This document shows positions 17,629-25,049 of a DNA stretch of 25,049 nt, in pieces (the first letter of the stretch is position 1; each line of letters starts with the position of its first letter). The notes beneath the pieces are model-generated. The model was not told where the DNA came from. It saw nothing but the letters and a program-made list of their open reading frames with translations, and ran no database searches. The translations under genes were made by a program, and so were the position numbers. This DNA comes from a virus (lineage: Duplodnaviria; Caudoviricetes): positions 1 to 25,049 of the IMG/VR virus record IMGVR_UViG_3300017914_000656; one strand, 5' to 3'.

Positions 17629-19208
17629 TGGTTTTGCCAGTTGGGTTTACAGTAGCAAGAATTGCTTCCTCGGCAGGAGGAAGTTATTGGGTAGCTGAAG
17701 ATACTGGACTTGCCGCAAGTATGACGAACTACGGGTTTGCTGTTAAGAGTAATCCATCAGCAGACACGGTTTATGTAGTCATTTCTAGGGCAAGTGGTCA
17801 AGCAGGTGAAGGGGGGATGCTATATTCCTTGGACATCAATGACCCTACAACTGAAAACTATGCACTGAGGTTTCGAGGTTACGCTAGCGGTACTAATGAT
17901 TTTTATTTAGGCGGAACAAATCAAGGCGGATCGAATTACAATGGTGCTTCTTATGGCACGCAAAATTGCTTTTTCGTCAACGACACTTATCTGTATTTCT
18001 TAGGCACATATGAAACAAGTAGTTCAACAGATACCGCGCACCCTGTCCTTGTAATAGCCAATGCCAGTAATGGCTCTATTAACTCAGTTATAAATTTTGA
18101 CGACGAAGCAACGCACGACACTTATCCTAGAGGTGGGTTAGGCGGAATGATGGGTCATAACAATGGCTCGCTTTGGTTGCATCCTTACAGGTCAAAATCA
18201 GATGGCTCCAGCACGAAGGCAGATTACGGGTACGCAAAAGTTACTGGAACTACATACAATTTGTTTGAGTCAGTCACTGCGACTGTTACTGCCAATTTGA
18301 CTCATCAAATGAGCGTACCATGTCATATGTCAGCAAATGGCAATCACGGATTACAAATTAGCTCATGGAACGTCTACACAAACTCTAATGTCTTAAGCAA
18401 TGGGTTAAACTGGGCTACTTTTGTTGAAAACAATTCAAGGTCTTTTGCTTACCTCAACACTCAGGGAGATGCTCAAGGAAATATTAATAGGCGAGGTATC
18501 GCTACTTGTATAAATAATAGTAAGGATGCTTATTTAGCGCATGGGACTCGCTTACAGTTATTTAAGTTTTCGGACGGAGATTACACTGTTACTAGATCAT
18601 CATCTTACGATGACTATCAATTTGGGTCTTACGCAAAGAATTTCACTATCAGCAACTCTGGGACAATAGCACTTTGCTCCATGCAACTAGACCCGAGCGA
18701 AGCATATCTTTATTTGGCTTATGCTTGTGAGAACGATAATTCAATAATTATTTTTAAGAGAGATGCTTCAGACTTATCAGCAGTAAGCTCTATGAGGATC
18801 ACTCATTCTGACTCGGGATATGTGCCTTTTGATGACGGCAGTTACGCGAATCCGAAGAATCTGACTATGGAAGTTGTAGACGATGACACCTTGTTATTAG
18901 GGGTAGGGGCTTTCGCAAAGATGTTTGTAATTAAGATTCCATCTGATTTAAGCACAACCGGAACATACGGTAATTTCACTTTTGCGTCAGGCGATGGTAT
19001 TTATCTCAATTCTGGAGGAAGTGTATTGACCGCGCCAGTAGCTCCAAACAGTTTATCTTATCCGCGATGGCATTGGTCGTCATCAATGACACAAGGTACG
19101 AGTAACGGATCAGGCATAAGTGGTAGCAATAAGGCAAGCACTGGTAGTTACCAGTTTTCTACTTCAGTGGATTACTTTGACTTCAATCCATCTAAAACTG
19201 ACGTTTAA
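17628..19208 (+). CDS. Putative receptor-binding / adhesin protein, possibly beta-propeller
   Basis: 526 aa rich in S/G/N/Y; coupled to the fibre gene by TAATG overlap; AT-richer DNA than the core genes. Confidence 0.55.
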   Translation: MVLPVGFTVARIASSAGGSYWVAEDTGLAASMTNYGFAVKSNPSADTVYVVISRASGQAGEGGMLYSLDINDPTTENYALRFRGYASGTNDFYLGGTNQGGSNYNGASYGTQNCFFVNDTYLYFLGTYETSSSTDTAHPVLVIANASNGSINSVINFDDEATHDTYPRGGLGGMMGHNNGSLWLHPYRSKSDGSSTKADYGYAKVTGTTYNLFESVTATVTANLTHQMSVPCHMSANGNHGLQISSWNVYTNSNVLSNGLNWATFVENNSRSFAYLNTQGDAQGNINRRGIATCINNSKDAYLAHGTRLQLFKFSDGDYTVTRSSSYDDYQFGSYAKNFTISNSGTIALCSMQLDPSEAYLYLAYACENDNSIIIFKRDASDLSAVSSMRITHSDSGYVPFDDGSYANPKNLTMEVVDDDTLLLGVGAFAKMFVIKIPSDLSTTGTYGNFTFASGDGIYLNSGGSVLTAPVAPNSLSYPRWHWSSSMTQGTSNGSGISGSNKASTGSYQFSTSVDYFDFNPSKTDV

Positions 19209-19243
19209 AAACAACCTCTTGATATAGGGATTAAGGATTTGAT

Positions 19244-19345
19244 ATGACAACAATCGTAACTCGATCAGGAAAGGGCGAAGAACTCACATTTGCTGAGATG
19301 GATTCCAGCCTCACAAAAGGGATTGAAAATGGCGTTAGTCGTTAA
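19244..19345 (+). pseudogene. 33-codon relic of a second TRxGKG-anchor fibre gene
   Basis: SD TAAGGA (19232-19237). MTTIVTRSGKGEELTFAEMDSSLTKGIENGVSR* matches the N-terminus of 16753-17628, then stops inside the next gene. Confidence 0.7.
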
Positions 19346-22046
19346 GGATCGAGTCAAAGAAACTACAACGACCACAGGAACAGGTACATATACTGTTGCT
19401 GGTGCGGTCGCTGGCTTTCAATCGTTTGCCGATGCACTGACAGATGCTGACACCACTTGGTACGGTTGTGAGAACGGCACTGATTGGGAAGTGGGCTTAG
19501 GCACTTGGGACGAAACCGCAGGAACTATTGCTCGCACACAAATCTATGCATCTTCAAACTCAGGAAATGCTGTGGATTGGAGCGCTGGCGATAAGAATAT
19601 CTTTGTCACTCTACCTGCTTCGCGCCTTTCAACGACTGTGGTTTATGACACTATCGATGACCTACCGCTCACTGGCGATGTGCTAGAAGGCGACCAAGCC
19701 TACGTCGCTGGAAATAACAGACTGTATCTGTACAACGGTACTGGCTGGTACAACATTGCTCTGGTCAACACCACGCCAACTCTATCAGGAAATCTTGCGT
19801 CTTATACTTTGGCTACTGACGGCACGGCTACTGTTGTGACAATGACGGGAACTGACGCAGAAGGTATTCCGCTTACATGGTCAGCGACCACATCAGGCGA
19901 TACAGACGCGGCTACAGTCACCAATGTCGATAACGTCTTTACGATTACCCCGTCAACAGATTCGGCTGACTCAGGAACAATCACAGTCACATTCAAAGCA
20001 TCTGACGGCGTAAATATCGGCACAGCAAGTTCTGAGTTTGAGCTTACGTTTATTAACATAAACTGGAAGTTGTATGCCCAGTTTAGTCTCGGCACTAGCG
20101 GAACTGACGCACAAGATGAATACGAGTTTGTTGATCGTTCATCAAATGCCCACACCATTACAGCCACTGGCTCAACAGATTTAAGAGTTGGCTCTGTCAG
20201 CCCATTCAGGGGCGCAGGAGGATATTCAATATGGATTCCTTCTGGCGAGTATATGAGAAGCGACTTTGACGGAAACTCAAATTACTCTGCGATAGGGACA
20301 AGCGAAGACTTCTGTATCGAGATGTTCGTGTTGATGGACGGCACGTCAGTCAGTAACTACAGGAATCTATTTGACTTTAATAACTATCTGGCTGTGCGGT
20401 TTGCTAGCAACCAGTTTGAGGCGGCAAAAACAGGGACAACAAGTTTTGTAAATCTAACCACAAAGCCTGATATTAAATTCGGAGAATGGATTCATATCGC
20501 CATTTGCCGGAAGAGCGGGACAACAAAATGGCTGATCGATGGTACAGAGGTTTACTCTAAGTCTAGCGATACGCATGGCTACGACTTTTGGCAGATGTAC
20601 CTGCATAAAGGCAACACAGATAACGAAGTAGATGTTCCGACGTACTACTCAAACATCCGTGTCGTCAAAGGTGATTCTGTTTACTTCGACTCTTACACCA
20701 GACCGACGGCAGGACTGACAGAAATTACGGGAACGGCGGCTCTTTGGAATAGCTTCAATTACGATGATGCTGTTGAAGGGTATAGTGCGTGGGGATCAAA
20801 CGTCTCAGATTATGGTCACAGAATCGTATCTGTTAGCCCTTTTAACGAAAGCGAGGCTTTGAACGATAACGATATTGGATCAGCATCTTTTGAGAATAAT
20901 GACAGTTATTTGACTGTTGACCTTAGCTCTACGCTTTCGGACGGAATAGGAAGTGATGATGACTTTACGTTTGAGTTCTGGCTTAAAAATGACCTCAAAA
21001 CATGGAACAGTTACGCTGGAGAGGTGTTCTTTTTCGGGACAGGAAACAGCAACAGAGTTGTAGCCTTGCGTTGCTCCAACCGGAACCAATTCCTTCTATA
21101 TTCATGGAATAACGACATTACTATTACCATCCCAACTTCGGCAGAAGGCCCAACATATTGGGGATGGGTTAAATCAGGATGGAATCATATTGCCATCGTC
21201 AAGAACGGAAACAATCGTGATCTCTATTGGAATGGTGTTCGAGCGGGCGGGGATACAAACTGGGGTTCACTAGCCATCACATCCGCAGACCTTGCAACGT
21301 GCAAGATTGGTTCGGGGCAGAATGGCACAATGAACGGTGAGCTAGCTGATTTTGCATTCAGCATGACGGCTAAATATACGTCAGACTTCACTCCGCCAAC
21401 AGAGCCGATTGGCGCGTCAGGAACTACATTGTATTTACCATTTGACAGCGCGGGCATCTTTGATAAGACAGGGACGACTGAAGTAATCTCAGCGGGTAAC
21501 GCGCAGACTGATACGACGGAAACCAAATACGCCACAACGTCTCTTCAGACTGCGGCGGCAACTGACTACATCACGACGCAAGAAGTTATCCCGACTGGTG
21601 CTGATGACTTAACAATCGAAGGTTGGTTCAATTTCGATTCTGCGAGCGGTAACGTGTATATCGCAAGCCATAATACGACTTACGCTGGAAACAATAATAT
21701 GTTTCAGCTTGGCTTGGGTAGCGGGATTCCGGCATGGTGGATTGGAGGCTCCTCAAATAAAGCATCTTCTGGCGCGTTGAGTGCAGATACTTGGTATCAC
21801 ATCGCATGGGTCAAAGAAGGAACCTCATACGAAATATTTGTCGACGGTACGTCAGTACACACCTTTACAAACAGCAACGCAATCAAGTCATACCAATGGC
21901 GCATCGGGAATGCATATGACGGAGCGTCTCAAGGATTCACGGGACACATTGAGAACTTTCAGATTCTTAACGGGATTGCCAAGTACACAGAGAACTTCAC
22001 TGCGCCCACTGTAGAGCAAGGTATTACTACACAGGTAACTAGCTAA
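19329..22046 (+). CDS. Large fibre/adhesin with an Ig-like domain and three LamG/concanavalin-A-like domains (905 aa)
   Basis: Likely start ATG 19329 after AAGGGA (MALVVKDRVKETTTTTGTG). Three LamG-type repeats: FCIEMF..WIHIAICR, FTFEFW..WNHIAIVK, LTIEGW..WYHIAWVK. Confidence 0.8.
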   Translation: MALVVKDRVKETTTTTGTGTYTVAGAVAGFQSFADALTDADTTWYGCENGTDWEVGLGTWDETAGTIARTQIYASSNSGNAVDWSAGDKNIFVTLPASRLSTTVVYDTIDDLPLTGDVLEGDQAYVAGNNRLYLYNGTGWYNIALVNTTPTLSGNLASYTLATDGTATVVTMTGTDAEGIPLTWSATTSGDTDAATVTNVDNVFTITPSTDSADSGTITVTFKASDGVNIGTASSEFELTFININWKLYAQFSLGTSGTDAQDEYEFVDRSSNAHTITATGSTDLRVGSVSPFRGAGGYSIWIPSGEYMRSDFDGNSNYSAIGTSEDFCIEMFVLMDGTSVSNYRNLFDFNNYLAVRFASNQFEAAKTGTTSFVNLTTKPDIKFGEWIHIAICRKSGTTKWLIDGTEVYSKSSDTHGYDFWQMYLHKGNTDNEVDVPTYYSNIRVVKGDSVYFDSYTRPTAGLTEITGTAALWNSFNYDDAVEGYSAWGSNVSDYGHRIVSVSPFNESEALNDNDIGSASFENNDSYLTVDLSSTLSDGIGSDDDFTFEFWLKNDLKTWNSYAGEVFFFGTGNSNRVVALRCSNRNQFLLYSWNNDITITIPTSAEGPTYWGWVKSGWNHIAIVKNGNNRDLYWNGVRAGGDTNWGSLAITSADLATCKIGSGQNGTMNGELADFAFSMTAKYTSDFTPPTEPIGASGTTLYLPFDSAGIFDKTGTTEVISAGNAQTDTTETKYATTSLQTAAATDYITTQEVIPTGADDLTIEGWFNFDSASGNVYIASHNTTYAGNNNMFQLGLGSGIPAWWIGGSSNKASSGALSADTWYHIAWVKEGTSYEIFVDGTSVHTFTNSNAIKSYQWRIGNAYDGASQGFTGHIENFQILNGIAKYTENFTAPTVEQGITTQVTS

Positions 22047-24040
22047 TGAGCTTCGGTGGTGAACTATTTGGCGCACCACTAGGCGCACCTGAACAGCAAT
22101 CTGTCGATGCGATTGCGTATGCTCAGGGGCCGATACTTTATGTTGCTGACGATTTTGTAGAGGATGGGTATGTAACTGAGCCAATTGATGTCACAGTTTC
22201 TGCCCCTGCTGTTTCGGCGTTTCAAGTAGTCGCAGGAAATGCATCTGTCTCCTCGAACACGATCAACGTAAGCGCACCAGAGGTCACGATCACTATTTCG
22301 CAAATTATTGTCGAAGTAGACTTCCCCCAAATTACGATCACCGACCCAATAGTAACTACAGATACTGTCATCAATGCAGTCGCATACCCACAAGGCATCG
22401 TCCTGTATGTCGCAGATGATTTCGTTGAAGACGGTTATGTCACAGAGCCTATCGACGTAACCATCACAGTACCTCAAGTGACTACAACGACTTCTGTTGA
22501 CGCATCAGCTCAAGCGGCGATGGCAACAGTTTCGCTGTCTGCGGCAGAAGCCAGCGCGACTGGCGCGGCTACTGCGACCTTTGGCGCGTTACTTGTATCT
22601 GCGACTGCGCCGAGCGCGACCGCAACAGGTACAGCGACAGCATCTGTATCTGGCGGAACAATCAACATTAGTTCGCCTGAGATATCTGCTCAAGGTGTAG
22701 CAAGCTCCACAGTCTCTCCATCATTTAACATCAATGTAAGTTCTCCAAACGCATCAGCAACTGGTGGCGGTACTGGTTCTGCGACGATCCCAGAGATCAT
22801 AATTACTAAACCTTCGGTCTATGAGTACGCGACCGAGTTTCCGAATACTATTCCGGCAGTTCAAATCAGTGCGCCTGAGCCAACGCCATCTGCTGACTCA
22901 GCAACAGATGCGGCGGTCGGTACTATTACTGTCAACTCTCCAGACGCAACGGTCTCTGTCGTCAACACTATCGACGTAAGTTCAAACACGATAAATGTCA
23001 CATCTCCTGCTGTCACCGCATCTGGCGGTACTGGTGCAACAGCGGCGACCCAAGGTGCTATCGAATACGTTGTTGATGATTATGTTGAAGATGGTTATGT
23101 AGTCGAGTTCCAGCTTGTAAGTGTCTACTCACCACAAGGCGAGGCTTCGATTGTTGAGAGTGTTTCTACATCGGCAGATGTCGGCACGATTAACATCTCT
23201 TCGCCAGCAGCCACAGTCACTGCGGGCGTGACACATAACGAAGACTATCAGTCAGTCACAATTAGTAGCCCAGAAGCTACACTGTCAGCAGAAGTTAATA
23301 TCAGTGTTTCTGCACCTACGATCACGATCTCTGCGCCAAGTGTGTTCGAGGAAGTAACAGAGTTCCCTGTAACTATTCCAGAGATCACTGTCTCTGCGCC
23401 ACTTGCTAGTGTCAACGGCATAGCAACGATTGATGTAGACTTCCCATCGGTCACAGTCTCAGCGCCAGTAGTATCAGCGACTGGTACAGCTAATACGCAA
23501 GTTAGCGCACCGACAGTCCAAGTTCAGCCTCCGCAAGTCTTCGAAACTGTACGAGAGTTCCCTAGAACTTTGCCAGCAGTTCAAGTATCAGCACCACAGG
23601 CCACTGGGACTGGTATTGCGAACATCAGCGTAGACAACGCATCCGTTACGATAACGTCTCCGTCCGTCTTTGCAGATACTGGTGGCGATGCCTTTGCGAG
23701 TGTTGACGTAACTGTTGTCGTAAGCAGTCCAGAAGTTGAAGTAACCAATAGCTCTGTTCCATCGATCACCGACACGCCTTCAGTAGCGGTGACTGCGCCT
23801 GTAGTAACCGCAACAGGAATTCAGTTCTCGAACGGCCTAGCAGAGGTAAGTTTCGGAACTATAACGGTTTCTCCAATACTTGCAGGGGCTTCTGTATTTG
23901 TTACTGATGCAGAAAGAACTATAATTGTACAAGCTGAAGATCGAGTGGTATCGGTACAGTCCGACGATGCGACAGTTGTTGACGCGCAGGATCGAGAGAT
24001 CACTGTGAAATCAGAAAATAGAACTATTGTGGTGACTTAA
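22046..24040 (+). CDS. Acidic V/T/S/A/P-rich repeat protein (about 24 repeats of ~22 aa), candidate fibre ruler/scaffold
   Basis: Recurring (T/S)(I/V)x(I/V)(S/T)xP; only 2 Lys in 664 aa; three YVxDDxVEDGYV inserts and three VxExxxEFP units. Confidence 0.75.
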   Translation: MSFGGELFGAPLGAPEQQSVDAIAYAQGPILYVADDFVEDGYVTEPIDVTVSAPAVSAFQVVAGNASVSSNTINVSAPEVTITISQIIVEVDFPQITITDPIVTTDTVINAVAYPQGIVLYVADDFVEDGYVTEPIDVTITVPQVTTTTSVDASAQAAMATVSLSAAEASATGAATATFGALLVSATAPSATATGTATASVSGGTINISSPEISAQGVASSTVSPSFNINVSSPNASATGGGTGSATIPEIIITKPSVYEYATEFPNTIPAVQISAPEPTPSADSATDAAVGTITVNSPDATVSVVNTIDVSSNTINVTSPAVTASGGTGATAATQGAIEYVVDDYVEDGYVVEFQLVSVYSPQGEASIVESVSTSADVGTINISSPAATVTAGVTHNEDYQSVTISSPEATLSAEVNISVSAPTITISAPSVFEEVTEFPVTIPEITVSAPLASVNGIATIDVDFPSVTVSAPVVSATGTANTQVSAPTVQVQPPQVFETVREFPRTLPAVQVSAPQATGTGIANISVDNASVTITSPSVFADTGGDAFASVDVTVVVSSPEVEVTNSSVPSITDTPSVAVTAPVVTATGIQFSNGLAEVSFGTITVSPILAGASVFVTDAERTIIVQAEDRVVSVQSDDATVVDAQDREITVKSENRTIVVT

Positions 24041-24316
24041 ATGGCTTATACAACTTTTGAAAAAAGTCCGGCTTCTGTATTGGATTATTCATTCGATTGG
24101 TCAGATTGGCTAGAGGCGGGTCAAACTGTTGCGACAAGCTCGTGGACTGCTGATACCGGATTAACCATCGATTCAGACACGAATACGACAACCAAAACGA
24201 CAGCTTTTGTATCTGGCGGAACTGAAGGCAACAGTTACTTTGTTTCGAATACCATGACTACAAATGACGGACTGACAGTAAAGCGCAGTTTTTTGATTAA
24301 AGTAGTGTTTAGGTAA
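24041..24316 (+). CDS. Small Ig-like virion protein, candidate fibre adaptor
   Basis: KSPASVLDYSFDWSDWL and SGGTEG..Y match the KxPxxxLDYxxDW phage family (from memory). Confidence 0.65.
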   Translation: MAYTTFEKSPASVLDYSFDWSDWLEAGQTVATSSWTADTGLTIDSDTNTTTKTTAFVSGGTEGNSYFVSNTMTTNDGLTVKRSFLIKVVFR

Positions 24317-24320
24317 CGTT

Positions 24321-24515
24321 ATGGAAAAGCGCACAACAGCAGAAGCACACAAACGAATCGATAGCATTGAAACGCGATTAGAAGCGCATGAAGCTGTTTG
24401 TGGCGAAAGATGGAAAGAGACCATCCTACGAATAAAAAGAATCGAGAGCGTAATGATAGCGGCGGCAGGGAGCATCATTGCCATGCTTGTTGCAATCTTG
24501 ATCAAGGTGACCTAG
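24321..24515 (+). CDS. Small coiled-coil plus single-TM protein (XhlA/holin-like)
   Basis: HEAVCGERW...RIKRIE followed by hydrophobic VMIAAAGSIIAMLVAILI. Confidence 0.65.
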   Translation: MEKRTTAEAHKRIDSIETRLEAHEAVCGERWKETILRIKRIESVMIAAAGSIIAMLVAILIKVT

Positions 24516-24517
24516 CC

Positions 24518-24967
24518 ATGATCTTTGAGGCCATCGCCGCGATTAAGCTAGCTAACGAAGCGGTAGGCGCGATCCGAGAGATGTGTTCTAACGTACAGTC
24601 TGTCGGTCAGATGGGGTCACATTTAACCAAGCTCGCTGATGCCAAAGAAGAGATCAAGAGGAAGGCAGAGAATGGTGACATGGAAGCGTTCATGGCACTG
24701 GAAGACATCAAGAACCAAGAATCTGAAATCAAACGTACTTTTATCTACCAAGGGCGGGCGGGTCTTTGGGAGGATTATCAGAGATTTATGCGGACTCGCA
24801 AGGAACTAAAAGAAAAAGAGCGTAAACGTGCAGAGGCTAAGGCAATGGCTCGAAAAAAAGCCATCAAGGATGGACTCACTTATGGTGTTGTTGGCATTTC
24901 TATCCTCGGTATTGTGGGCGGGGCCGTGGCCCTATTACTTTATCTTATTAGTCTTAAAGGGAAATAA
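24518..24967 (+). CDS. Membrane-anchored coiled-coil protein (149 aa), lysis-region hypothetical
   Basis: ATG 24518 after AAGGTG (MIFEAIAAIKLA); C-terminal TM GVVGISILGIVGGAVALLLYLI. Confidence 0.7.
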   Translation: MIFEAIAAIKLANEAVGAIREMCSNVQSVGQMGSHLTKLADAKEEIKRKAENGDMEAFMALEDIKNQESEIKRTFIYQGRAGLWEDYQRFMRTRKELKEKERKRAEAKAMARKKAIKDGLTYGVVGISILGIVGGAVALLLYLISLKGK

Positions 24968-24970
24968 GTT

Positions 24971-25049
24971 ATGACGGAATTAGAGAAGTATGACAAAAAT
25001 GGTAACGGCATTATCGATCCAGATGAGCTTGCTCTCATTGAACTTGAGG
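24971..25049 (+). CDS. EF-hand-motif protein, truncated by the window end
   Basis: MTELEKYDKNGNGIIDPDELALIELE...; DKNGNGIIDPDE fits the 12-residue EF-hand loop consensus. Confidence 0.65.
   Translation, partial: MTELEKYDKNGNGIIDPDELALIELE

Noticed and set aside
19290-19328. TTG start given for the 918-aa ORF
   Set aside because: ATG 19329 has an SD and begins a recognisable N-terminus. The upstream stretch belongs to the relic ORF in another frame.
22136-22462. Repeat pair as a diversity-generating retroelement TR/VR
   Set aside because: Differences are synonymous and not adenine-specific, both copies are inside one ORF, and no reverse transcriptase is in the window.
24398-24517. 40-aa N-terminal extension of the 189-aa ORF
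   Set aside because: It overlaps the 64-aa gene, and ATG 24518 has an SD and sits just after that gene's stop.
1-25049. CRISPR array, tRNA, integrase, intron/intein, stop-codon recoding
   Set aside because: No repeat-spacer array or cloverleaf was seen, intergenic space is minimal, core genes have normal lengths, and all three stop codons end genes.

Overview
Late-gene region of a long-tailed (siphovirus-type) dsDNA phage, all on the + strand. Gene order: terminase small (5'-truncated) and large subunits, portal, two very basic small proteins, gpF-like head protein, scaffold, P22-like major capsid, two small paralogous genes missing from the ORF track, neck genes, tail tube, chaperone pair, tape measure, distal tail/hub/tip, an ~8 kb accessory fibre/adhesin block (16313-24316), and the start of a probable lysis region. 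Main observations: (1) a 664-aa protein made of about 24 repeats of ~22 aa with inserted docking-like motifs, suggesting a separately ruled, branched adhesive filament; (2) a gap-free paralog pair after the capsid gene in which KK pairs of one protein align with EE pairs of the other; (3) near-total absence of CCNGG, GCWGC, GGWCC and RGATCY, so that no Pro-Gly dipeptide was found; (4) a domain shared by the capsid and distal tail proteins; (5) a 33-codon relic of a fibre gene. Product calls rest on remembered motifs and gene order, and all counts were made by eye; no searches were run.
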